From Ignavibacteriota bacterium (GTDB lineage: Bacteria; Bacteroidota; Ignavibacteria; UBA10030): 64,000 nucleotides of DNA. The position numbers were made by a program, and so were the translations under genes. The stretch spans positions 1 through 64,000 of the forward strand of contig CAVSHO010000011.1 in the NCBI GenBank assembly GCA_963727825.1. Reading direction: 5' to 3'. Every line of letters begins with the position of its first letter. Position 1 is the first letter of the stretch. Below are positions 8,463 to 18,316 of this stretch, one piece after another. The notes beneath the pieces were generated by a model, which saw only the letters and a program-made list of their open reading frames with translations, searched no databases and was not told the origin of the DNA.

Positions 8463-9827
8463 ATATTACAAAAAAGGAACCTCCCGATTTCGTATGTTTA
8501 AGATTATCAAGGTCATTAACCAACAAAATAAAAGGAGGTTCCCATGTATTACTCAGGTATAGATTTGCATTCAGATAATTCTTACATCACCACAATCGAT
8601 GAGAGTGGCACAATCGTAAAACGACAACGCCTCGAGAATAACGACGAACTTGTTCTCGATTACTTCCACTCTCTGCCCGGTCCTCATCAGGCAGTCGTCG
8701 AGTCTACAACAGGTTGGTATTGGCTCAACGATCTCCTCGGCGATAACGGCATCGAGCTTGTCCTTGCTCATGCCAAATATCTCAAAGCCATCAGCTATGC
8801 TAAAGTTAAAACAGATAAAGTCGATTCGCAAACTCTCGCTACACTTTTACGACAAGGCCTTATTCCACAAGCACACAAGATCAGCCGTGAACTCCGTGGA
8901 TTACGCGATACCATGCGCATCCGGCTTAGACTCGTTCAACAACGAACCGCTTGCCTGCTGCGTCTTTATAGCATTTATGCAAAATTTAACGGCTCTGTCC
9001 CTGATCCCTATCGCTTCCAGCTGGCTGTATTAGAGCATACACGCAATACCTTCAGCGATCAAATCCTTGCCTTAGAAAAGTCTCTGCATCCTGTCCTGAT
9101 CCCTAACGACGACATCCAACGACTCTTGAACATTCCAGGTATCGGCAAGCTCTCTGCATTTACCATTTACTTAGAAATCGACGGCATAGAACGCTTTATC
9201 TCTGATAAACACTTTGTCTCCTATTGCCGTCTCGTGCCTGCTGCTGATAACTCCAATCGCACTGTGCATCACCGCTCAAGTAAAGACGGCAATAAATATC
9301 TTAAAATCGCTTTCACTGATGCCGCTGTGCATGCCATTCAATTTTATCCTGAATACAAACGCTTCTATCAGAAATTAGCTCGGCGCTCTTGTGAAGCAAC
9401 TGCTCGAACCGTCGTTGCAAAAGAACTTGCGAAAATTGTTTTCTATGTCTTAAAGAACAAAACACAATATAAAGGTCTCAAAGGACAGCCGATCAGCCGG
9501 CATAAATCTCAGCAGTGGCCGCGCCTCTCAAGCCCGGATGCCTAACTGGTAATCTTTATTACCTTCGCCTGGATTGGGAAGAGAGTGCGCTGTGCCGTGG
9601 TAATATCTGGAATATCTCGCTCAACGAGATAAGTCCCGCTTTCACCCCGGGATAAATCCGTAAACTGGTTTGGACGGCATTGCTCCGGTAATCGTCTGTC
9701 TATTTGATAGAGAACGCGGCATCGGCACGGGTTCGGTCGTCAATAATTGTCAATGAACTCTGCATTCCGTTTGTACGGAACGCATCGGGCGTATTTTATC
9801 TACTTGACTCTTTCCTTTTTAAACTGG
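8463..9827 (+). mobile_element. IS1111-type element (IS-B) copy 2
   Basis: Same ends, protein and non-coding region as copy 1; CTGG junctions in attC. Confidence 0.95.
8544..9545 (+). CDS. IS1111-type transposase
   Basis: Protein identical to 6082-7083. Confidence 0.95.
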   Translation: MYYSGIDLHSDNSYITTIDESGTIVKRQRLENNDELVLDYFHSLPGPHQAVVESTTGWYWLNDLLGDNGIELVLAHAKYLKAISYAKVKTDKVDSQTLATLLRQGLIPQAHKISRELRGLRDTMRIRLRLVQQRTACLLRLYSIYAKFNGSVPDPYRFQLAVLEHTRNTFSDQILALEKSLHPVLIPNDDIQRLLNIPGIGKLSAFTIYLEIDGIERFISDKHFVSYCRLVPAADNSNRTVHHRSSKDGNKYLKIAFTDAAVHAIQFYPEYKRFYQKLARRSCEATARTVVAKELAKIVFYVLKNKTQYKGLKGQPISRHKSQQWPRLSSPDA

Positions 9828-10488
9828 TTAGGCAGCAGCTTTGAATTATCAATTTAAAAGGGCCATAATCCCTATCAAGAGAATCTAATTTTTTAACAGC
9901 ATCATGAATCCATCCAGTTGGGAATGGAAACTCATCATGATCAATGGCAAAGGGTTGACCGGTATTTGAGTCTTGGAAAAATATGAGATTTTTTTCAATT
10001 CTATAAATTTTTTTGTCTGGCTCGCGGCGATACGAAATTAGAAAAGTAATTCCGCTCGCGTATGGATAAAGACCATTGGCATATTTAGTATTTTCATCTT
10101 CGATTTGAATTCTATGGATTGTATTAATCATATTAGAATCGATAGGAAAACTGACAGAATTTTCTTGTTGCAAAACATCCACGCTATCCCATAATCCCTT
10201 GGATGATAATTCAGATAAAAGTGTATAGTTTCTTGATATCGTTCGATACAAGACCTTAATTCTAATTTTATATATAGAACTTGGTCCATCATTAAGAAGG
10301 GAAAGACACAGCCTTGTTTTTTGACCAGTTACAAATTTAACTTCTAAAATTGGAGTTAATGATATATCATATGATTTATCAGCAATAGAACAACTACGAA
10401 CTGATATTGCAAAACCGACAATAGATATAATAATGGCAACTATTGGAAGCCAAATTTGATTAATATTTTCTTTTGTTGATTTCTTCAA
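9796..10488 (-). CDS. Cassette membrane-anchored hypothetical protein
   Basis: N-terminal TM helix; ORF reads through the attC inverse core into IS-B. Confidence 0.7.
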   Translation of the reverse strand: MKKSTKENINQIWLPIVAIIISIVGFAISVRSCSIADKSYDISLTPILEVKFVTGQKTRLCLSLLNDGPSSIYKIRIKVLYRTISRNYTLLSELSSKGLWDSVDVLQQENSVSFPIDSNMINTIHRIQIEDENTKYANGLYPYASGITFLISYRREPDKKIYRIEKNLIFFQDSNTGQPFAIDHDEFPFPTGWIHDAVKKLDSLDRDYGPFKLIIQSCCLTSLKRKESSR

Positions 10489-10515
10489 GTTACTTCAAAG
10501 TATAATTAAGCTGCT

Positions 10516-10745
10516 GCCTAACGGTTGGCGGCTAAGCTGCCGCATGACCAACTTCAATTAACCACAAAACGAAACGAGTTATTGCTGAAAACTAAATTGA
10601 TAACATAAATGAAACGCTGGACTAAAAACGAAATAATGAATACTAAACCCACCACCAGCCATGCTTATCGTACGAGCCCGCCGACCAACGTTCTATAAAA
10701 CCGGCGGGCGAAGCTCATTCGGTCAGCTTGAGCCGCTGGTTAGGT
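10516..10745 (-). repeat. attC site 9 (long, 230 bp)
   Basis: GCCTAAC...GGTCAGCTTGAGCCGCTGGTTAGGT. Confidence 0.93.
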
Positions 10746-10914
10746 TGCGCTTTGCCGATTTCTTTTTGTTAAAATTGTTTATGAACAAACGCTAAAATGT
10801 GAGCAACGACCAACGTTTTTTGTTGGTGGTTGCGAACCAATAAGTAGTGTGCGTAGTTTGTGAGCAAAGCGAGCATACTTGCACACGTTTCAATATTGTC
10901 GCGTTTGCGAATTA

Positions 10915-12088
10915 TTAATTGTTATGTGCCACATTGGCTTTACGTTTAAGAAATTCTTCAACAATATCATTTTGTAGTTTTGGCGTTCTGTTATCCATCA
11001 GGAAAATAAGAATGTTGTTGAGTCGGCCCTCACGAAACAAATTCAGTAGTGATTGGCTTGCCTTAGGAGAAAATTTATTTGCAGAGAAAAAGGATGCTTG
11101 TTCTTTTTCGGTAGAGAGTGTATGACAATATCCGCGAATATTCTTGGATGTAAGTCCAAGAGTCGGATGATGAGGAAAAGGTTTGTCAGATACTAATACT
11201 TCGGAAAAATTTGTGTAAAGCATCATTTTGACAAGTCCATCTTTCACATCGGCAATGCTCGGCACAAGAGAATTCTCGCTATGTTTCTTCTCAATTAGGA
11301 ACAGATTATTTCGTTTAAGGAAAACTTCATCGACAGTAAAGTAATAATAGCCACCAAGGTAATTTTTTATAGTAATCGTTGCCTTATCTTCAATAACGCT
11401 TTCCTTCGGCTGAGTTGTCTGATACTCGCGGTTTTGAGCAGATGAGGCAAGCTCTCTTGAGTTGCTTTGAAACTTTGCCACACTTTCCTTGATGACTTCG
11501 ATTCTCGTTGAAATGCCACGATCACCGTGCATCTCAACACCAGGTACTTTTAGAAATCTTTTTATAGTGAAACTTGCTAAGTTCAGCCACGTTGAGAAGG
11601 TTCTTGTTTAACTCGTTGAGATTCCAATGAAGTGCATCAAGCTTGTACTGCGAAAGTTCGTCAAGACGTTGGCGTAAATAATTGTAGTCAAATTCTTGTT
11701 CAGTAACCTTATGTTGATAATCAGAACTCTTCACAGCCCTTTTATAGTAACCCAGAATAACATAGACTCCGAGAAGGCTCATCAAAGAAACGGTATCCCA
11801 CTGGATAAAATCGCGATCACCTTGTTTACCCTCATCTTTGAGGAAAGGAATAATGGTTACTCTCGTACGAGTGTTCATTGTGTCATAGACACGCGAATAA
11901 GGATAGCTACGAGTGCGTTTTGGAGAAACCCAATGACTGATAGCAAAAACATTATTGTTTAAGGCAAGTTGAAAGGCAGCGTTACTAAAAGCAGAACCTG
12001 AAAGAAATTCATCTATGTTGAAGGATTGCAAATCTTGGCAAAGGAATGGGGAATATTTTAGATTCTCAATCTTAGCGTCTATTTTCAA
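10915..12088 (-). pseudogene. Putative type II restriction endonuclease, split by a frameshift near 11540
   Basis: Follows the MTase in the same cassette; ORFs 11534-12142 and 10915-11532 join on removing one base (ST-GVEMHG); TVDEV...LIEKK PD-(D/E)XK-like motif. Confidence 0.65.
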
Positions 12089-12095
12089 TTTCTTT

Positions 12096-12966
12096 TTACC
12101 TCGCCGCTTTAAACGGGATCGTTTCTTGTTTAATTTCGTCATCTATGTTCCTAACTGCGTAATCAATGTAATCAGACTGTGTTTCAATTCCGATGTGTCT
12201 ACGTCCAGCCCTCTCTGCGGCAATGTTGGTTTGACCACTACCCGAGAAAATATTGATAGACAACATCACCTTTATAGGAATAAAGTTGAATAACTCGGTC
12301 TGCAAGTTCTACTGGGAATGGACAAGGATGGATATTCTCTTGTGGCGCGACAGGTCGTATCTTCCAGACATTCTTACTCTTTTCACCTTGATAATCAGCA
12401 AGATTGATACGACTATTTTCCTTTTCTTCAGGAGAGCGGAACCAGTAAATATTTTCTTTGTCTTCTTTTTCTGCGGGTTTTTGGAATACAAAGACATACT
12501 CGGCCACTAAGCTTGGATAATAATACCCTGGATAAGGATGTTGAAGGAGAACACCAGAGCGACGATCTCGCGCAATTGGTTTCTCCCAAATTATATCTTC
12601 CCTGAACTTCCAACCAATATCCTCCATCCAAGAGACAAAATGAAAAGGCAAAGCGGTTCTTACACCATCCCAAAGGACAGGTGCGATATTTACGATATTG
12701 TGCCCGCCAGGACGTGTTACTTTGAGTAATGCAGCAAATCTATCCACAAGAAATCGTTTGTAATCATCATAGGAAACTTCTTTTCTTTCCCACCTGTCCT
12801 TTTTGCCATTCAGTTTTTCCACATGCTCTTCATAATTGATAGCGTTTAAATAGGGTGGAGAGGTGAACGCCAAAACTACTTCATCTTCTGTCCAAGCTTT
12901 TAATACTTCAAGGCAATCACCTTGAATGAATTTTCCATTTCCTACAGGGAATTCCTTAAACATCAA
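12096..12966 (-). pseudogene. Amino DNA methyltransferase (beta class, likely N4-cytosine), frameshift near 12258
   Basis: TSPPY catalytic motif, IIWEKP, HPCPFP; SAM motif FSGSGQT lies in the adjacent frame (12096-12305). Confidence 0.85.
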
Positions 12967-13059
12967 TATCTCCTTGAAAACCTGACTGTTTGTTGAAATG
13001 TTCTTAGCCGTAAGATACGAAAATTAGACCAATGTGGCACATATCTATTTCAAAGCGCA

Positions 13060-13218
13060 ACCTAACGGATGGCAACTAAGCTGCGGCAACGATAACCCGC
13101 AAGTTGCTGAAAACGAAACAAGTTCATGCTGAAAAATGAATTATTAAACATATAAACCTCTATGCGCCATGCTTAATGTACCAACGCTCATTCCGTCAGC
13201 TTGAGTTGCTGGTTAGGC
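13060..13218 (-). repeat. attC site 10
   Basis: ACCTAAC...CCGTCAGCTTGAGTTGCTGGTTAGGC. Confidence 0.95.
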
Positions 13219-13235
13219 GTGCCCCATAATACGGC

Positions 13236-13264
13236 TTGACTATGGTTCACTAATATGTTAACTT
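13236..13264 (+). promoter_or_regulatory. Putative sigma70 promoter of the TA cassette
   Basis: TTGACT-N17-TAACTT just upstream of the toxin; the cassette is inverted so needs its own promoter. Confidence 0.45.
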
Positions 13265-13269
13265 TAATC

Positions 13270-13626
13270 GTGCGCACAATTGAATTCTATCTGACACCAT
13301 CTGGCAATTGTCCAATCGAGGAATTCCTTGATTCGTTGAGTGATCAACATGCTCAGAAAGTAACGTGGGTTCTTCGGTTGATTGAACGAATTAACATTGT
13401 ACCTATTCAATATCTTAAGAAGCTTGATGGAACACAAGATATATGGGAAATACGCGCTCAGTTTGGTGGTAACAATTATCGTCTCTTGGGATTCTTTGAT
13501 GGCGGTAGATTGATTATTCTGACAAACGGATTCTCGAAAAAGACTTAAAAGACACCAGCTAAAGAGATTAAGCTTGCTGAGCAACGACGATATGAATATT
13601 TGCAAAGGAGAAAGAGTCATGAGTGA
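13270..13626 (+). pseudogene. RelE/HigB-like (DUF891/Gp49-type) toxin with internal TAA at 13546-13548
   Basis: IEFY..G.CPIEEFLDSL, IWEIR, GFSKKT*KTPAKEIKLAEQRR; frame continues to a TGA overlapping the antitoxin start. Confidence 0.8.
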
Positions 13627-13897
13627 TGTTGAACGTTATATTGAAAAGCGAAAGAAACAGAATCCGCATTTCGCTAAAGATTATGAGTCTGGTTATCTGA
13701 CCTTTGAATTCAGTGTCATGCTTCGTGAAGCACGAGAACGTGCTGGAGTGACTCAAGAATCAATTGCCAAGAAACTTTGTACCAAGAAATCCGCCATTTC
13801 GCGGATTGAAAATCATTCTGAAGATATCCGCCTTTCAACTCTTCACAAGTATGCGAAGGCTCTCGGTAAGCGCCTTCGGGTTCAGATTACCGAATAA
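13619..13897 (+). CDS. HigA-like XRE HTH antitoxin
   Basis: LREARERAGVTQESIAKKL.TKKSAISRIEN HTH directly downstream of the toxin. Confidence 0.88.
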   Translation: MSDVERYIEKRKKQNPHFAKDYESGYLTFEFSVMLREARERAGVTQESIAKKLCTKKSAISRIENHSEDIRLSTLHKYAKALGKRLRVQITE

Positions 13898-13911
13898 TAA
13901 TTCTGGGGCAC

Positions 13912-14069
13912 GCCTAACGGACGGCAAGTAAGCTGCGGCGTTGAAAAGTTTCGTAATGCACCCAAGGAACCTGGTTCACGCTCCCAACTGAATTATTAAA
14001 CACCAGACCTCTATTAGCCATGTTGATTGCTCCAATGCTCATTCCGTCAGCTTGAGTTGCTGGTTAGGC
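13912..14069 (-). repeat. attC site 11
   Basis: GCCTAAC...CCGTCAGCTTGAGTTGCTGGTTAGGC. Confidence 0.95.
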
Positions 14070-14082
14070 GGTATTGCATTGG

Positions 14083-14847
14083 TTAAAAAAGTTTTCTAAA
14101 CAAGTCTTCATCATTCTCAAAAAGTCTATTAGCTAATTCATTCGTGTAGAACATATCAGGAATAAATTTTTGCGCTCGGACACGAATTCGGAAATTCGGA
14201 TTTGATACATTTACATCGAAAAGAATGAGCCCGATACCAAAAAGCATACAGAGAGATTCAATCCTGTCTAAATCTTCTGGAATAATTGTATTTGGTTCTA
14301 CAATGTACACCTTTGAACTAAATAGACGATAAGCTATAGCTTGGCCAAATGCAGTTATTGGTTCACGAGAGTCGATTTTTATTTCGGCAGATATTATTTC
14401 TGGTTGAAACTGAATAACATCTCTTCGCGAAGGTTTATAAGTCCCGATCACATCAGGTGTGCCCCACTTCTTTCCCAGAGAACTGCCTCCTAGAGCGGCA
14501 GCTTCAGTACATTCATCAAGGTCATTTTTTAACCAATTAGCGAACAATTTATAGAAGTCTTCTTCGTGTACGTTTGTTTCTTTCTCGGTTTCTGGAGGAA
14601 GTATTTTTTCTACTTCGATTTCTTCTTCAGTAGATAATCGGTATTTGAAAAGTCCTCTTGTAGGTTTATAGATTTCCTTACTTCTCGTATTATGTAAATC
14701 CCAAGAAGAGCCCTGAATTGTATTTAAAGGAGTATCTGGAAAAGCTTTTACAAGTGCACGATGTAAATCAGCGTACCTTAGACCGGTCGGATGTGATTTT
14801 AAAATTTCAACTGCCTTATCACGGATTTGTTCACGTTTAGATGGCAT
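14083..14847 (-). CDS. Winged-HTH-like domain fused to a PD-(D/E)XK nuclease-like domain
   Basis: Helical N-terminal domain, acidic linker, then EEDFY...PDVIG...AEIK...AFGQAIAY. Confidence 0.7.
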   Translation of the reverse strand: MPSKREQIRDKAVEILKSHPTGLRYADLHRALVKAFPDTPLNTIQGSSWDLHNTRSKEIYKPTRGLFKYRLSTEEEIEVEKILPPETEKETNVHEEDFYKLFANWLKNDLDECTEAAALGGSSLGKKWGTPDVIGTYKPSRRDVIQFQPEIISAEIKIDSREPITAFGQAIAYRLFSSKVYIVEPNTIIPEDLDRIESLCMLFGIGLILFDVNVSNPNFRIRVRAQKFIPDMFYTNELANRLFENDEDLFRKLF

Positions 14848-14865
14848 AAGATTTAGTCCTAATTA

Positions 14866-15120
14866 TTAATGTTTATTCTTATTTGTTTCCCAACTACCAC
14901 CAGAGGTAATGAATTTTCCGATGAAATGTTCATTATCTGATCTTGAGGAATCAAAAGAAGATTCAAGAGTATGCTCTTTACAAGCGATGCACAAATAAAC
15001 AGGACCAAGATTACTTTTTGAATATCTATAGACGGGTCGACAAATTGCTTCACATCGCGCGCATTTTTTTGATTCTTCAACTTGTACACCCTTGTGTGAT
15101 TCTAAGATGACCTTCTTCAT
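14866..15120 (-). CDS. Small CxxC...CxxC zinc-binding protein
   Basis: CARC and CIAC motifs; first gene of a two-gene cassette. Confidence 0.6.
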   Translation of the reverse strand: MKKVILESHKGVQVEESKKCARCEAICRPVYRYSKSNLGPVYLCIACKEHTLESSFDSSRSDNEHFIGKFITSGGSWETNKNKH

Positions 15121-15157
15121 AGACTTTCATCCTTTGAATTCGTGTCTTTGCAATACC

Positions 15158-15316
15158 GCCTAACGGATGGCAAGTAAGCTGCGGCAACGAGAAGCCGCAA
15201 GTTGCTGAAAACGAAACAAGTTCATGCTGAAAAGTTTATTATTAAACATCTGAACCTCTATTAGCCATGCTTAACGTACTCACGCTCATTCCGTCAGCTT
15301 GAGTTGCTGGTTAGCT
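15158..15316 (-). repeat. attC site 12 (matches attC 2 apart from the core bases)
   Basis: Part of the duplicated cassette. Confidence 0.95.
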
Positions 15317-16186
15317 GGCGCAAACAAATGTTTCAGAATGTTTCAAATTAAAAAAGTCATAAATATATTTGACATTGATGTCGTCTCTATATAAGACATA
15401 TGCGTTGCCATCCCATCTGCTCATAATTGCAAAATGAAGTTTATTCATATCAAGAGCTTTGAAATAATCCCAAAGTGCAACTTTGTCCTGTTTAATATGT
15501 GAGTGTATCCAGACGCCTTGCAAATATTCTTTAGGCGAACGAGCGATAAATTTTTCGACTGTGTCCTTAAAGAGAATAGCCGAATTATTTATTGGAGGAG
15601 GAATTTGATTCACTCCAGCGTGAATGGAAGGAATTATTTGTTGCATATGTTCAAGCAAATCTTTTATACGATATTTGACATCTAAAAGGATTGGTGTATC
15701 AGATTTCGGTGTAAACAACCAATCAATGGTTCGATTTCCTTCGCCGAGTCTTGGAATTTCATATTGTGGTACTACACCATCTTGTATACGAACCAACGGA
15801 GCCAATTCGGCAAGCGTTATTAGATGTTTAGACGGATCTTTTAATCTGTTAATAAAACTAAGAATTTCCGGTTCCGTCAAATGTTTTTTAATTGCTCGAA
15901 TGCCCAAGTAAAAATCTTCAATTTCGGGAAACTGTTCTGAACCAATAAGGATATAATCCTCTGGCATTCTATCAAAATAATCTCCGTACTCATAACACCA
16001 CTTTTTTATTAGGTTATGGAAAAAGGCTGGTGTCATTTTGATTTCATTCGGCAATAAAATCAGAAGATCGTTTATTAGATCATCATGGTCACCTAAAGAC
16101 TTGCCAAAAGAGAAAAAAGCTTTGTCAAGCGTGGTAAGACCAGTGTAAAATATCTCAGGCAAAGCAGCTAAAAGTGTCATGGTCAT
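15311..16186 (-). CDS. Cassette hypothetical protein (copy 2 of 1197-2072)
   Basis: Identical translation. Confidence 0.8.
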   Translation of the reverse strand: MTMTLLAALPEIFYTGLTTLDKAFFSFGKSLGDHDDLINDLLILLPNEIKMTPAFFHNLIKKWCYEYGDYFDRMPEDYILIGSEQFPEIEDFYLGIRAIKKHLTEPEILSFINRLKDPSKHLITLAELAPLVRIQDGVVPQYEIPRLGEGNRTIDWLFTPKSDTPILLDVKYRIKDLLEHMQQIIPSIHAGVNQIPPPINNSAILFKDTVEKFIARSPKEYLQGVWIHSHIKQDKVALWDYFKALDMNKLHFAIMSRWDGNAYVLYRDDINVKYIYDFFNLKHSETFVCAS

Positions 16187-16209
16187 TTCCTTACTCAGTG
16201 ATTTGCGCC

Positions 16210-16362
16210 AGCTAACGGACCGGAGCTAAGCTGACGGCGGCGAACAGCCGCCGTAAGGTAGTTCATTGCGCGGACGTTCCGATCAGATGCGCTAAGTCCG
16301 TCCGACACCGCGCGGCGAAATCGTCGACGGCTATTTCCGTCAGCTTGAGCGACTGGTTAGGG
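16210..16362 (-). repeat. attC site 13 (atypical GC-rich centre)
   Basis: AGCTAAC...TAAGCTGACGG...CCGTCAGCTTGAGCGACTGGTTAGGG. Confidence 0.9.
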
Positions 16363-16377
16363 CGCAATTGCCCGATA

Positions 16378-16944
16378 CTATTTGAGAAGTAAAAGTTTTT
16401 TCGTCTCGCTATATGTTCCTGCTTGTAAACGATACAAATAGACACCCGTTGGCAGATCGCCTATGTTAAATGTAACATTATGGCTGCCTACGCTTTGACG
16501 CTCATTGACTATCGTTTTGATTTCTCTTCCGAGTACATCATACACTTTCAATGTCACCATACTGTTCAAAGGTAACTGATAACTGATTACTGTCGACGGG
16601 TTGAAGGGATTGGGATAGTTCTGTGCAAGACCGAATCTAGTAGTGCTAATTGGTTTACTCTCGGCATTAACTGAAGTCGGAATCAATGCTATATTAAATG
16701 AAAACCCGCTCACAATGCGAGTATTTCCTTGCTGGGTTGTTCCAATAATCGTCTGCCCAATCAATGAACCCACTGACGTGTTTGACCCTGTGGACACGGC
16801 AGAGCCAATATCAAAAGCGGACCACGAAATAATACTGTTTTGAGATCGTAAGTCCATAGGGAAGATCGAGAGTACGATTGCTATGAAAATATATGATAAT
16901 CCTTCAAATAGAATTGACCTTCTTTTCATATAATCACCATGCAT
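16378..16944 (-). CDS. Small secreted protein with T9SS type A sorting domain
   Basis: Signal peptide; [11 protein letters not shown]...GVYLYRL...KKLLLLK. Confidence 0.88.
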   Translation of the reverse strand: MHGDYMKRRSILFEGLSYIFIAIVLSIFPMDLRSQNSIISWSAFDIGSAVSTGSNTSVGSLIGQTIIGTTQQGNTRIVSGFSFNIALIPTSVNAESKPISTTRFGLAQNYPNPFNPSTVISYQLPLNSMVTLKVYDVLGREIKTIVNERQSVGSHNVTFNIGDLPTGVYLYRLQAGTYSETKKLLLLK

Positions 16945-17053
16945 TTGTTAGCGTCTTACTGCGATGATTGATTGCACACTTGCTCTTTGCTATTGATCCA
17001 TTTTAATTGTTTGAAATTGCTTAGCAGATAGACCGCGCACTTAATCTGACTAA

Positions 17054-18046
17054 TCATTGCCACCTCCAAATTATTACTCTGCCATTACCACCACTAGAAC
17101 CGTGTGCGCCAGATGCAGCAGGGGCCCCCGCTCCACCACAACCGCCACCTCCCGGTGTATTGATGCTATCTTCCCATGCGCTAATACTGGCCCCCCCACC
17201 TCCAGCTCCGCCACCAGCTGATCCGGGAAAACCACCTCCACCCGGAGCATTCATCTTTGCATTGCTAGTCCCGCCATGACCCGGCACACCGTTCGTAAGA
17301 CTGCCGGCGAATCCACCACCGCCGCCTCCTCCACCGTTAGCGGCAACGAAAGAAAAACCATTTATCCAAACACTACTCGATCCACCGTTTCCGCCACCTC
17401 CACCATTTTGGCCAGAAGTAGGGATCCCCCCCTGCCCCCCCAAGCCAACTGTCACATTGAGGACCTCATGCGGTGTTACGTGAACGACCTCTTTTCCGTA
17501 TCCACCACCAGCACCTCCTCCACCATTGCCACCAACGTATTGGTTATTGGCTACGTCACCGCCTGCGCCACCACCGCCGCCGCCGCCCCACACTTCTATC
17601 ATAACTTTGGAGACACCTACTGGAACAACGAAGGTGCCATTTGCATCGAAAACTGCATAATCGAAATCTCCTGGATTCTGTCCCAAGCTATATGCAACAC
17701 TTGTCAAAGAAATGCGGGGTGATAGTTCTTGATCTGTTCCCACCGTGACCCCCAACCAATAGGGTTTGTCGAATGCAACGGTATCAAATGGGACTTGATC
17801 GCCTAATGCAGTTGAGAAGAGACCATGTTTCACAGTAAGAGTCTTCTGTTCACTCCAGATATCATTTCCACCTGTTGATGTTTGGTAGAGTTGAAACGTA
17901 AATGAATAGGCACCATCTGGTTTAGGAGATCCGAGAGAATCTGATAGAACTCCTTGATAAGATAATGTACGAGGGATTTGTGCTTCAGACGGAAGCGATA
18001 GTGCGATAAGCATAACTACAAAAATTATGAAGTAATAGATTTTCAT
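17054..18046 (-). CDS. Secreted glycine-rich protein
   Basis: Signal peptide, IPRTLSYQGVL N-domain, VPVGVSKVMIEVWGGGGGGG and a GNGRVIIW end. Confidence 0.8.
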   Translation of the reverse strand: MKIYYFIIFVVMLIALSLPSEAQIPRTLSYQGVLSDSLGSPKPDGAYSFTFQLYQTSTGGNDIWSEQKTLTVKHGLFSTALGDQVPFDTVAFDKPYWLGVTVGTDQELSPRISLTSVAYSLGQNPGDFDYAVFDANGTFVVPVGVSKVMIEVWGGGGGGGAGGDVANNQYVGGNGGGGAGGGYGKEVVHVTPHEVLNVTVGLGGQGGIPTSGQNGGGGGNGGSSSVWINGFSFVAANGGGGGGGGFAGSLTNGVPGHGGTSNAKMNAPGGGGFPGSAGGGAGGGGASISAWEDSINTPGGGGCGGAGAPAASGAHGSSGGNGRVIIWRWQ

Positions 18047-18114
18047 AATAGCCTTTTTTATTATTTGATTTTTGGTGGGACAATTGAAGCTAATTTAGTT
18101 ACGACGCAATTGCG

Positions 18115-18310
18115 CCCTAACGGAACCGGCGCTAAGCTGCGGCGCTGAATAATTTTCGTGATGTGTCCAACGAAATGAGTTCACGCTGTTTCTTCCATTT
18201 TTCATAATGAACTTTACGCGCCATGCTTAACGTACGAGCCCGCCGACAATAGCTTTTTAGAAAAGCCGGCGGGCGACGCTCATTCCGTCGGCTTGAGCGC
18301 CTGGTTAGGC
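18115..18310 (-). repeat. attC site 14 (unoccupied perfect IS-B target)
   Basis: CCCTAAC...GCTTGAGCGCCTGGTTAGGC. Confidence 0.93.
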
Positions 18311-18316
18311 GCCACA

